64,000 bases of DNA, from contig NC_087436.1 of the NCBI RefSeq assembly GCF_036321535.1, positions 61,754,001 to 61,818,000 of the forward strand, given 5' to 3'. A model generated the notes under the pieces. That model was not told the DNA's origin. It made no database searches and saw nothing but the letters and a program-made list of their open reading frames with translations. Positions 52,021 through 64,000 of this stretch are shown piece after piece (within the stretch, counting starts at the first letter, position 1; each line of letters begins with the position of its first letter). The translations under genes were made by a program, and so were the position numbers. Source of the stretch: Camelus dromedarius. Taxonomy: Eukaryota.

Positions 52021-55000
52021 AGCTAATGTAATAGTGTTTTCACAGCCAGACAAGAGCCATGTGGCATGGATGTACGTCCTTTCAAATTTTACCTGTCATC
52101 TAATTTTCTTTACTCTTGTTAATATAAATGCTAAAGCCATTCTGATGGATAGCATCAAAGTCAGAAGATCCAGAAGGACTAAGATGAGCCCTGCAACTGG
52201 GATGTTTTATGTTTGGGTTGCACTTTACACTTTTTAGAGCATTTATTTATTTTTCACTTTCACTGTTTTTTTTTTTTTTGTTTTCACTTATAAGTATCCT
52301 GAGAGATATCCAGGGCAAGTAGTATTGCACATGTATTAGGCAAGGAAAATAAACAGTTTTATAAAAGATCTGTAGATAGAATATAGTCCTGTCCATCCTT
52401 TGCTGAGTGTTCCTTCCAGTGAATTTCAGTAACTGAAGATATTAAAGAGGATCTCTTCCCTTCTGCTTATTATCCAGCAATTACGAAGCTGGCTCATTGC
52501 CTACAGGAAGATAGTTGAGAATTCCATATGAATATAGCATCAAATTTTATTTAAAAATAGATTTTGAAAATAGTAATAAAAAAGTAAGATGGGATTTCTC
52601 CAAATGAGGCTTATTTCTCACTTTTCAACATGAGGAATGCAGCATTTAGGTGATTAAACTATCCTCTGCAATTGTGATAAGACACAATATAGTCTGTTTT
52701 ATAGTTTCTATATTTTCTCATTATAAAAATAAACCTTCTAATATTGTTAAATAAAATTCTATCAAAGCAGATAAAAGCCCTGTTCTTTCCTATGCCATAA
52801 TTTCCACTTCAGTGGATGGGTATAACTTTTGTGTGTTTTTTTTTTTTTCTATAATTTCCTCCAGGCACCGAAGGGGGACCAATAATTTGCATTGCATTCG
52901 CTTTACCAAAGGATTACAATGTGCATACTGCCTAGTTTGAAACATTTAAAATATGGTACATATTATTACTGCAAAAAAATATTTTTCCTTATTAACCCCA
53001 ATGGGCTAAATCTAATTTCTCAGCCATACTGGGCATTCATATACATTTGGTATATTAATTTTCAGATATCAAAAATGTGAAAAATGAAATAGAACAAATG
53101 TGCTTTGAGAACTTGAAAAAGGGAAGCATAAAAGATAGAACAATTCTCTTTGATTCTAAAGCTCATTCACAGTTCACTATGGCTCAACTTTTAGAAGCAC
53201 CATCAAGCCTTGCTGCCTCCCTAAAGTTTATTTCATTGAATGGTTCATGTATTGCCTTGCTTGTAAGTAGGGAAAATATTGCAGGTAGAATACCAAGGAA
53301 ATTTATTGTATCATACAGATTGGAAGCATTTTGGTAAAATACTATAAGACAGTGTATAGGAAGTGCATGACTTATTCTACAAATAGTAAAATGACACTCA
53401 AAATGTCAACTTGTGTGACAGTTGTTTGAATCTAGAATGAAGTGTGCTCTCCACTTCAGTTTCACTTGGTTGCTCTGTATTAGAAAGTGCTGGAGGAATC
53501 TCGTAGTCAAAGACAGTCATTAAGACTGTCAAAAGGAATTGTCCTTAGAGGAAGCCCAAACTAATATGTAGGTTGATAGAGTTGTATTGAAATCACAGTT
53601 ATCAAGGACAAAGCAAAGAAAGAGTTAACTGCAAAAGGTACTATGTGAAGAGTATGGATAGGAAGATGTTTTCCTGGCTACTTTTATCTAAATTCAGACT
53701 CCATAATTGATGTACACTTTTGGAAAAATGATGATGGGACATTTTCTAATAATGACGTAATTCTAATCCATCATGGCTGGTCATCCATCAAAGCTTTGTT
53801 TGTGATCTTTGATTGATGGAATGAGAAGAAAGAAATCATTTTCTATTTTAGCCAGTGAGCGAAGGGACAGATTCACTTTAAAGATTGCACTCTGCTTTCA
53901 AGGTAAAAATAAATATCTCTTAATCAAATGGACACTATCAAATAAGTAGCTAATTTGTAACAGATCCTGTCTTGTGATAGCAATTAATACTGCCATGAAA
54001 ACAGTCAGACATAAACACAACTGTTAGATGACAAGGGTTAGCCCTTTGTGTTGAATCCCTCTTAACTGATGGGCGTGAGGCACTGATGAGAGCTTCAGTA
54101 GTGTCCCAGGGTGCCTGTATGTGGGCACTGGGGGCAAATGACATATCCATAGCCATGGGAGCCAGAGTGGCTCCTTCAAAAAGTCTTCTGAACAAAGTTA
54201 TTGTCAAGAGCTGAGACGGGGAGCTAAGAGGGTTAGAAGAAACAAGCAAATCAAGGGGAAGTTTGTCTGGTCTGGGCTAATTCTGTTTATTAGGATACAC
54301 AGTAGGTAATGACAATGTCCACATGCAGGAAACTTCCATTGAAGGTGAACAGGATGGAATGGGTAGTGTACACATGTTTGTGGAGCCTGTATTGTGACTT
54401 GGAGGAGAGCAGCAAATATACATGTTCCAGAGAAAGACTTAACTCCATGAGAAATATATCCACTTAAGGAGAAGATGAAACAATTATTTATGATATATAG
54501 TCATTTTTGTAGAACAATTTTAGAGTTAATAGACACTGTAACTGGAATTGATATATAAACACTGATTCATAGACTCATACAGACATTTTTATGCTTCATT
54601 TTTTTTAGAACTGTATGATTTTATTGGACACAAAATGAGAACTCCATTTTAAAATAAAAAATAATATTTTAACAGGGTATTAAGTTAGAACATTTGTTTG
54701 AGTCAACAAAAATCAAATAAAGATGATATTCCAAAAGGAAGAGCCAAAACAAAATGCAAAATTTCTCAGGAAATATTTGAAGATCAGTTACATGACCCCT
54801 TGCCAAAATTGATATTATAAAGTGTCAGATTATTGGTGATTGAGAAAGAATTTCCTTGGCAAATTTCTACCATTTGCCTCACCTTTTCTCCAGGTGTAGA
54901 GGGAGAACATGATGTGAGCCCTCCACATTGGAGAAGTAGGAATAGAGGGTACCATGGATTGGGGTCTGCACCCATCTGAGGTACATGAATGATCAGGGAT

Positions 55001-56539
55001 GAAGTGACTCTGAGCCTACATTCCTTGAGCATATGAGGGTTTTTGAAACCATGACTGTGTCACTTGAGCTTGATGAAGACAATGGTGAGATGAAATTTGA
55101 GTAAAATTATTTCAGGTCCTGACCAAGTAGGTTGCCTAGAGGAGCAAACCAACTTGGCACAGGAAGGTTGGACATGAATTGCTGGACTCTGATGGGCTGG
55201 GGAAGAAAGAAATGATAAAGTGCATGCATGATCTACATCAAGAATACTGCAGCTGAGAGGTCCGTAGCAATTGGGGCAGGACCAGCAAATGTGCCTCACA
55301 AGAAAAGACCAGGTCCAGAGGTTATAGAACCAGCTATGCCAGTAATACGTACAGATGTTCCCCTCTCTAGTTAGCATCTCTTCCTCCTTATGCTTCAGCT
55401 TCAGAGGATTCATAAACCATGGTTAGCAATGTAGTGGAAGAGCACAGGGAGAAAAAAAAAAAGCTGAATATGCCTTCTTCCTTGGCTCTTTTTTTTTTTT
55501 TTTCTTTTTCTATCTTCCATAGGCCCTGGCAGAGCACAGAGTAGCTATACGTTTGAATAAAGTAAAATCCTGGATTGTTATATTGGTGTGCATATGCTAA
55601 GAAGTGAATAAAATCTATGCATGTGTTGCTTTAAAGAAACTTTGTATTACCTAAATTTTCAGCACTAAGCAACTTTTACCCAGAATAGGAAAAGCAAGCT
55701 TTCCTGAACAAAGGTAAAAGACCAGAGAAGAAGGAAAAAAAAATGTTGCTTTGGGAATCGATTCCATTAATCTTTTTTGTTCAGTATTCTGGTTGTGTTA
55801 TATATTGGATCCATTCAGGGGTTTTGTTTTTTTTGGTTTTTTTTCTTAACAATCTATATACATTACTACAGACATAGGCTAGACATGCATCAAAAATCCT
55901 TGGACAAAAAATGGAGCCAATACTTCACAGAAAATTTAAATGAAGATCAGAATTTTAATTATTATAGGCATTCTAACTTTCTGAGTCCCACTGTATTTGA
56001 CAGTTTGAAATAACCATGGCTCTTATTATCTAAGTCACCACATAAGTCTTGTCAGTGCCTGAGTTTTTATCCAAGAGCAGAAGAGCTTACCACACTAAAT
56101 GAATTTCAAAAAGAAAGTGAGAGATAAAATAGTCTTCGTGATTATCCACCATGTGTCATAATGATAGGACCTCCATTAAAAAAGAAGAAAAATAGCAACA
56201 GCAAACAAACTCATCTCTCCAGAAGCTGAGTTTATATTCATTATATTATTTAGGCTCTGAAGGTTTATGGTCTCATTTCTATAAGAATTTGAATAAATCC
56301 CTTGATGCTAAATTATGGTTGTTTAACAGAAGGAAAGTCATGCTGGTCAAAATGTGATTGCAATTAAAAAATACCTGCCTTTTCATTTTTGGGATTTTCT
56401 TTCTCTGTACCTTCAGGTAACAACACTATACTCATTACAATGCTATTTAAACCTTTAGAGGGACATGACTCCTATTAGAATCTGAAGAAAGCTTTTGACA
56501 CTTCCTTCTCCTGCTTGTAAACATGCATATATGCACTTA

Positions 56540-57260
56540 GGGCTGATCTGCTGCTTTTGTTGGCCATTCCACTCCCTCTTTCCTAAGGTAAATCTCCCCC
56601 CTTTTCAACGGTGGAACCGTTTAATTGTGGTATATTTGAAACTGATGATGTAGTTTTAGTCCAAATTCAAAGTCCTGAGAACTAGGGGAGCCAATTACGT
56701 AAGTCCCAGTGGGAGTTTGAAGGCCCAAGAATCAGAAGCCTGAATGTCTAAGGGCAGAGGATAGATGTCCCTATTCAAGCAGAGAGATCTATTCGTCTTT
56801 CTCTGCCTCTTTTTGTTCAGTGTGGGGTGGGTGGATAGCCCACTGTGGTTGGTGAGGGCTAATGTCTTTACTCAGACAATTCAAGTACCAATTCAAGTGC
56901 TAATCTCTTCCAGAAACACTCTCACAGATATACCCAGAAATAATGTTTTTAATCAGCCATCTGGGCATCCCTTAGCCCACTAAAGTTGACACATAAAATT
57001 AATCATCATGTCTGTGGAACTTTTTCCTGAGCTGTGGGGAAAGTGCCCTGTTTCCCTCAGATTTTCAGGTGGTGGGATGTGCCTTGAGCAAGTAGAAGTC
57101 ATCACTTCTACCACATTTCAAGGGTCTGTGTTGAAGTAAGGCAGAGTCCTAATACTCTTTGAACTTTAGGAACAAGAATTTCTTGAAGCCAACTCACTTT
57201 TTGGTCAAGGAGTTTTTGAGCTAAGAAATTCCCTTTTTCATTTAAACTAGTTTGCACTTT
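56540..57260 (+). mobile_element. Old MLT1 (H-K type) LTR interrupted by an MLT2 LTR
   Basis: Flanks 'ctgcttttgttggccattccactccctcttt' and 'gaagccaact...tgagctaagaaattccctttttcatttaaactagtttg'. Confidence 0.45.
56640..57010 (-). mobile_element. MLT2 (ERVL) LTR, partial
   Basis: 'aaagtcctgagaactaggggagcc', 'gctaatctcttccagaaacactctcacagatatacccagaaataatgttt', 'aagttgacacataaaattaatcatca'. Confidence 0.85.
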
Positions 57261-58029
57261 TTTCCTAATATATCTACTAAATTGCTAAAGTTTACTTATA
57301 ACTTCATGGATTCCTGGATCCAAGAAAATCATTAACTTTCCAAACCATGTTAAGAAAGCTTCTCTTTATGTGACTTCTTGAAATAGAGTCCTGAGAATGA
57401 ATGAGAAAAAAAGAAAATGTAACTAAAGGAGAAGGAAGGATGAGTATCTCACAATTCTTGAGTATTTCCCAATTCCCTAGAGTTCCTGGCTTATCTTGGT
57501 TACCTCTAAGAAAGAAGTCACAAATGTCATACGTATTTTTATAAACTTGATACTGCTTCATTGTGTTTCTTAGAATTCTGTGCCATTTTTATCCTCACAA
57601 ATGCATGAAGTATTTTCTATAAAGAGTAAAGTTGCTGGTCATAATGGTAAAGAGAGGGTGGTTTTGTGTGTGTGGTGTGTGTATCTCTGTGTGCATGTTC
57701 TGTTTGTGTGTTTAGATTTATGAAGTGAAAAAAAAAAGTGGAAGAACTCGTGTTTGAAGGAGAGGACTCTGCCAAAGAATCAAAAAAGGGAATATTTCAT
57801 GTTCAAAGAAATACCCCTCATTGAAAAACAACTGGTAAACTATGACATAATAAAGGTAAGTTGCACATTCCCACTATGATAGTTACCTCAGGTGAAAATT
57901 TTTAAGTCTTTTCTTTGTGATTTAGGGTTGACTTTGTTTTTCATGCTTGACTCGTTGAGTTATGGTAAGCTTTCCAGTGAACATTCTTCCTCCTTGAATA
58001 TTATGCTCCATGCACTCTCTTACATCTAA

Positions 58030-58612
58030 ATCAGAACGCCACCATCTCTTTGCAAGGCTTCTGCAATGGCCTCCTAAATTGGTCTCCCTACTTCCCCTCT
58101 TGCCTTCTAGTCTATTCTCTAATGGTTAGCCCCAGTGATCCTGTTAAAATTTCAGCGAGACTCTGCCGTTCCTTTACCATATCCAAGGCCTTCCATGGAC
58201 TTTATACTACTTGGTCCCTTTCCACTTCTCCAGCTTCATCTTTTGATATTCTCCCTTTTGCTTTTGCTCTCTTCTAGCTAAGAATACTGGCCTCTCTGCT
58301 GTTCCTTGCATTGAACACTTTTTCCCTAGATCAACGTGACTCACAGTCTTCCTGCCTTCAAGTCTCTGCTAAAATGTCATTTTGTCAGAGATTCAACCCA
58401 AATCACTTTATATAAAACTACCTCTTCTTTCCCATCATTACCACTCCTTATTCTCTTTATTCTGACACATTATTTATTTGTTTGGTTATTATCTATCTAC
58501 CCTCACTTGAGTATAAACTCCTGAGGGACAAGAATTTCATATTGTTCACAGTTGTATTCCCAATTCTTGGAAGAGTGTGGCACCATAAAGAAAATCTGTT
58601 GAATAAATGATT
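58030..58612 (+). mobile_element. LINE-2 (L2a-like) 3' portion
   Basis: 'ctgcaatggcctcctaaattggtctccct', 'ccttcaagtctctgctaaaatgtca', 'tataaactcctgagggacaagaat...tgttgaataaatga'. Confidence 0.85.
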
Positions 58613-60399
58613 GTTCTCAACACATCAGTAGCATCCACAGATTTCATAGCATGAGTACCTAGATAATCACCATAGATAAAAATCATAATATCTAACTTTT
58701 ACTAATTAACCTGAGATAGAGTTCAAGAGATTTGTAAGAGGTTATACTTGAAAAACATAGAACCAAGTCCAGAGACTCTGTCTTCATAATTACTTCTTTT
58801 TCTGTTTTTCTTGCATCTTGTCAGGGAGAATCAGCTGGACATACTTCCAAAATATAAAACAGTACATCTTCTGACACCTGACAAAAGGGCAGAGTAACAA
58901 GCTGCTTTATTTATAAGAAGTTATATTCAGAGAAAAAAAAAATCCTTGTGGTAGAGACTAACTGTTGAGTGTGATGTAACAAAGCTTGGAGGATATGCCA
59001 CAAGCACAGTTAGGATTCAGTTTTCAAACCCCTTCTAGAATGTTATGAGGCATCATGCATTGTTAAAAAGCTGTCAGCTCCTTCCCCAGAGGAGATGCCA
59101 TCTCTGTGATGGGTAAAGCAATTTTCTCTGCTGATCTGTGAAGGTTCTTTAGCCCTTGAGTTCTCTGGGAATATGAATGCAAGATATTATGACTGTGAAA
59201 TGTTAAAAACAATAACTAGTCATTCATGCCATTCAAATGTAATTTGTTTGCAGGGAAGACTTGACTTCTCTGAAGTGGTGTATTCAGGTTTCAAATTAAA
59301 TACATATAGTAAGAAATAAAAGTTATCTTAGGATGTATGTAATTATAGATTACCTCCCCCAAACTTTTGTTATCTTTCATTCAATGTGTTCAGTATGAAC
59401 CATGATAGCCTCTACTTGAATACAAAGAAGCTGTTGAAGTACATTTCACTTTCCCGTCCTCTTCCAGCTATGCTGTCTGCCACCCACCCCTCACCATTCT
59501 TTCACATGAATCGATTTACAGAGGACTATGGAGGAGTTCAGAAAGTCAGGTTTCCTACAATTATTTTTCTGCCCGTAATTCACCATTTTTCTCCTATTTT
59601 TGTCTTCTTTTATTTTTAAGATCTGTAAGATGGAAACAAAAAACATTTTTCAGTTAAGGAAGTGATTTTGAGTAAAGAAAATTCAGCAAGATGGAAGAGG
59701 GCAATCAATATAAAGCTAAAGAAAAGAGCTAGAAAAGTAGGGGGGGAAGATGGATAATGGGAAGGAGAAGTAAAATGAAAGAGAAAAATGGGAGAGTAAA
59801 CAATGGAGATGAGAAGAACTGACGTTTGCAATTGACCTTGCCAAGGAGCACTTGCCTAGGACTTCTTTCCTACTAGCTTCTGTATTTTTCTCTAACCACC
59901 CAGGGATTCCTCTGCCTCCAAGAAGCCTGATGTCCTGGGGGTTTTATCAAGATAGTTTTTTTAGAAGGTGGAACATCATTAGAAGGATAAAAAATGAGGA
60001 AATAGGATAGAATATTTCCTCATTATTTGGAAAGTTGTGTCAGGTAATGCCTAAGGTTGTTTTCTACTTTAAGGAATGAAATTTTGGTTGTCACTTTTAA
60101 CCTGATTTATTTTTATCTTAAAATTATTTTATTCTGTTTCTGTTTTGTGTGTACGTGGTTTTTTTTTTTTTTTTTCCCAAACTCAAGTTGTTGGGGCATG
60201 TGGTCCACTGCCTTTTTCTGCTTCAGAATAACTCCTATGAGGGACCCACTAACCTAAACTTCTGGCCTTCTCTGGTTATTTTGACCTTGGATTTAGACTC
60301 AATGCAGTTGTATTCCAGTGCAGTGAATTTCAGTGGAATTGGTGAGCTGAAGTTTGGCCCATTCTACTCTCTACTTTATTAGGGCCAAATTATAGAGAA

Positions 60400-61030
60400 G
60401 GAATGTAATACTGAACAAGAAAGACATGACTTCTGTCATCACAGAGTTTAAAATCTCATGCAGGAGACAGACATATAAGAAATTGCTAAAGTAAGATGCA
60501 TTTGTAAAAGAGAAATGCTAAATATAAAGTGTATGTAGAAGACTGGAGGTTTCTGAAGAAGTAGCATTTAAGTGAGACCTGAAAGTTAATAAAAGTAGCA
60601 AGTGAAGGACAGAGTGGGAGGAAAATTCTAGTCAAAGGCAGGCAAAACTCTTTGATAGGAAAGATCATAAGATACTTACGAACTGAGGAAACGTTGCTGG
60701 GGCAACGAGTATGTAAGGGAACATGGCATCTAATTGAAGTGGGAGATGTAGGTGGGAGCCAGAATACTGAGGTCTTGGAGGATATGAAAAAGATTTGGGG
60801 TATTACCCTAATGGCAATGGAAATTCACTGAAATTATTAAGTAGACGAGTGGCATGACTGATTTAAATACTTTAAAAGTTTCTCTGGTTTCTCAGTAGAG
60901 AGTATATTAGAGAAGCTCAAGAATACATATGGAAAACAAAGAGTGATTTGCAGGAAAGTTGATGGCTTGGGCTGGCAGGTTCAAGTTGGGTTGAACAGAA
61001 GTTGATACCTTCAAGAAATGTTATAGAGTA
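60400..61030 (-). mobile_element. LINE-2 fragment
   Basis: 'gaacaagaaagacatgacttctgtcatcacagagtttaaaatct', 'gaagaagtagcatttaagtgagacctgaa', 'ggcaatggaaattcactgaa'. Confidence 0.75.
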
Positions 61031-62214
61031 ACTTAAATACTAAGAAATTCAAATGGTTTTGTAGGAAATAGTGTATCAATGATAGACCTGAATTATCTGG
61101 ATTCCAAATTTAGATTAATTTTCTGATATTCATCATAATATTTATGGGGAAAGAGATAGAATGCTTAAAATAGGAATGCCTCAAAAAATGAGGGGAGTAT
61201 GGTGACTATATACTTGGGGGTTCTAGGTAGTTAACACTATGTCTAAAGACAGTTTCCACACAGACTTCTTAATCTGTCCATTCTAGTAGCTTTAAACATA
61301 ACTTTTACCAGTTGCTCACTACTAGTCCAAAAAATGTGAACTGTTTACTTCATTTATACCATTTTGATTGCTCTCCTGATTCTTCCAATCCAAACATCAA
61401 CATTTTCAGTGCTGGTCCTTCCTTTAGCATCTAAATAAATTTGAAATTACTAAATAATTGGCTTTTTTTAAACTGAGGAATAAGATGTATACTATTTAGG
61501 TGTCTAACAGTTATTTTTGTAAATATATATAGGATATCATCATGGACCTTACTCTGATGAATACATGTAACAATTCAGTAGGCCAGTTACGTAGTTTTGT
61601 ATGAAAGGTTGACATTTTCTTCTGTCAAAATGGTAGTGTTTCAAATTCATTTAAATAGAAGCTGTTCAGTGGGAACTAAAGTCACATATTCAATAATTTA
61701 AAGAAAACATGGACATTGCTGAGATGAAATTGCACCAATTAAAAGCTGACACTTTTAGTGAATTATTTAATCTCATTAATGTCTGGTAGTTAAATCAGAT
61801 GCCATATTCAAGAAATCTGAGGGGTTTTTTTGTAAAGTTTTAAACAACAAAAAATGATTGGCAGTTTATTTATGACTAATAAAGTATTTTCTTCATAATT
61901 TAGTTTCCAATATCCTAAAGTAATTGCATCGTTCAGATTAAGCACTTTAGAATTAGCTCTATTTAAAATCCCATTGTGTTAAATGCCTCACTATTAAATA
62001 GCCCCACCATTAGCTCAATTACAGTGGGGAAGTTTTTATCTCATTTTCTTACCTGGTATACTCAAGTGCCCTTAATATTTTAAAAATTTTACTTCAACCC
62101 CAAAGCTGCAGTATCAATATAGGATATCTGTCAAGTGACAGAGAACTTAGTGGAAGCAAATCAGGAGAAGAAACACATGCATTGTTCACACACTATGTTT
62201 CATTCACTTCACAT

Positions 62215-62960
62215 ACTCACACAGACTTATTTACTCACTCAATAATTCCTTTGACAAGTATTGAGTAAGCACATCGTGTAGATTTCAGCACCGATGATTA
62301 AAACGCAGAAGTTGCCTGCAAAGAGCCCATCGTCTTGTGGGAAAGAAAGTCACATAAGTGGTGACTTTACATCTGTGGCATAAAAGATATCTATGCAGGG
62401 AGCTGTGGGAGATAGGGGAGCAGCATCTTCCTCAGCGTGAAGAAGTCAGAAGAAGACTTTTCAGAGGAGGGAACTTGATTCTTGGGGCATGAATATGAGA
62501 CAGCTAGTTGGATCAGGGAGCAGAAACGTTTCTGATGAAAAAGATACTTTTCAAGCATTTGTAAAGGCACCGTGAAACACTGAGAGGATGGCAGTCAGTT
62601 CTTAATGGCCCACACACAGGGTGCTGTCGTGATGGAGAAAAAGAATGGCAAGTAGGACCTCCTGTGCTACGCAGTGGGATTGAACTTCAACACCACGTTC
62701 AGTGAGAAGCTCTGCCGGTTTTCCCGGCTGCGTCAGGAATCCTGATAGAAGACAAGTGAAAGTAATGGAAATGGGAAACACTTGAATCCACCAACAAAAA
62801 TAATCTTCTGGTTAGAGAAGAAGTACCTCGTGATCACTGTTTGACAGTTAGAGATAGGCGTATATGAGCAGCGTGATGTTGAAATGAGGACAGACGAAGG
62901 GGCTTGTAGTGTAGAATACATTCTCATGGCAGAAATTCCTGATTGATTTTTAGATTAGAA
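62215..62960 (-). mobile_element. LINE-2 fragment, heavily diverged and CpG-enriched
   Basis: 'ttactcactcaataattcctttgacaagtattgagt', 'gaagtcagaagaagacttttcagaggagggaac'. Confidence 0.55.
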
Positions 62961-63207
62961 AATACCGCTACTTCAGAGCAACTTTTAATTTTCATCTTGT
63001 TTGTAGTGGGATTGTGTAAATGATGTTTCTTTTTGGATTGGCTGAGAGTAGGACTAAGTCTGAAGCCCTACCATAACAAGAGGGGTCATTTTGTTTTTCT
63101 TATTGAGTCAAATTGCCGCCTTCACCATGTTCCCAGTCTTTATGTATTTGTATTTATTACTTCATGATAGTATGTTTTCTTTTGGGTGTCATTTTATGTG
63201 ATGTATA

Positions 63208-63420
63208 ATAAAATAATAATAATAGCCAGCAACTAGTAAGTATTTATAACTTGCCAGCCGTTGTTATAAGTGCTCTTTTATTTCAAAACCAAAGCTGTGA
63301 AGTATTACCATTATCCCCATTTTACAGATGAGACATAAACTGAGGCAGAGAAATGTTACTTGCTTTGCCCAAGCATGTTTGCACAGCTATAGCAAAAGTG
63401 TGATTCACAGCCAATACACT
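63208..63420 (-). mobile_element. MIR SINE
   Basis: 'aataataataatagccagc...attatccccattttacagatgag...aaactgaggcagagaaatgtt'. Confidence 0.8.
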
Positions 63421-63449
63421 TAGTCAATATTCTATCCACATATTTTTGT

Positions 63450-64000
63450 TTTCCTTCATCTTCAGAATTAAAGTGGGATATAATTGAAAGGTACTAAAAT
63501 TGCCATAAGGACTCAAACTCAAAGATTAGTTGATCTACATGTTTTATTCTACTTTTCTTAGAAATACCTTCTGATTGAGAGATTTAAAAATATCTTTTCT
63601 ATGTTTTATTTTTTTCTGGCTCTTTAATTCATTTGAAACATATATGGTTAAAATGTTATATATATTAACAGTTTTCCCAACTGTGTAACCTTATCTTTTT
63701 GATTGATTTGTGTTGCCAAATTTGTCAGGTAACAACCATATGTGTTTTTTTGGAAAGCTATGGTCTTCAGTTGATTTGCCTGATAATTCTTGTATTCTTT
63801 TAGTTTTTGTTAATTTGTATTAGTTATTATCTCATTCATATTTCATATGTTACTGCATTGATTAGAAATTATAGAAAATGATACATAATCATGATAGTAT
63901 TCCTTTAGTGTTTTATTGTTAGTTATAATAATGGTTCTTATAACATCAATTACAATGTTAACATGATGCAAGATGAAAGCATTCCATTTATGTAATGTAA
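63450..64000 (-). mobile_element. Very old LINE-1 ORF2 remnant
   Basis: T-rich strand with degenerate L1-like phrases ('gttactgcattgattagaaattatagaaaatgatacataatcatgatagtattccttt'). Confidence 0.5.

Noticed and set aside
55060..55413. 117-aa Cys/Trp-rich ORF as a gene
   Set aside because: No recognisable domain, no supporting splice or promoter context, and the length is compatible with chance
56390..56425. Possible recursive splice site (pyrimidine tract-CAG|GTAAC); a similar minus-strand motif at ~7852
   Set aside because: The regenerated donors are weak and no host transcript is established
1..64000. Strand bias of L1/LTR elements as evidence for a host intron
   Set aside because: L1s and LTRs occur on both strands, so no transcription direction can be inferred

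Overview
This is AT-rich, CpG-depleted non-coding DNA from a placental mammal, either intergenic or deep intronic. It is most likely a camelid: the youngest LINE-1 has a camelid-type 3' end, an older cetartiodactyl-type L1 3' end is present, and I saw no Alu, B1, Bov-A, PRE1, ERE or Can-SINE in 64 kb. I found no supportable host protein-coding exon, tRNA, rRNA or CRISPR. The only ORFs with recognisable protein similarity are decayed LINE-1 ORF2 fragments. The window is mostly fossil transposable elements: three multi-kb L1s, several L1 end fragments, long L2s, MIRs, hAT MITEs (MER5, MER58, MER102, MER91-like) and about ten LTR elements, many of them nested. Repeat family names come from my recollection of consensus sequences, not from a search, and boundaries of old elements are approximate. 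The best observations are a class III ERV 5' LTR with a recognisable tRNA-Ser primer-binding site, a composite segment of older DNA captured inside an L1, a possible twin-priming inversion, a CpG-enriched ancient L2, and a few strong but unverified non-coding exon candidates. I do not see evidence for a new biological system.
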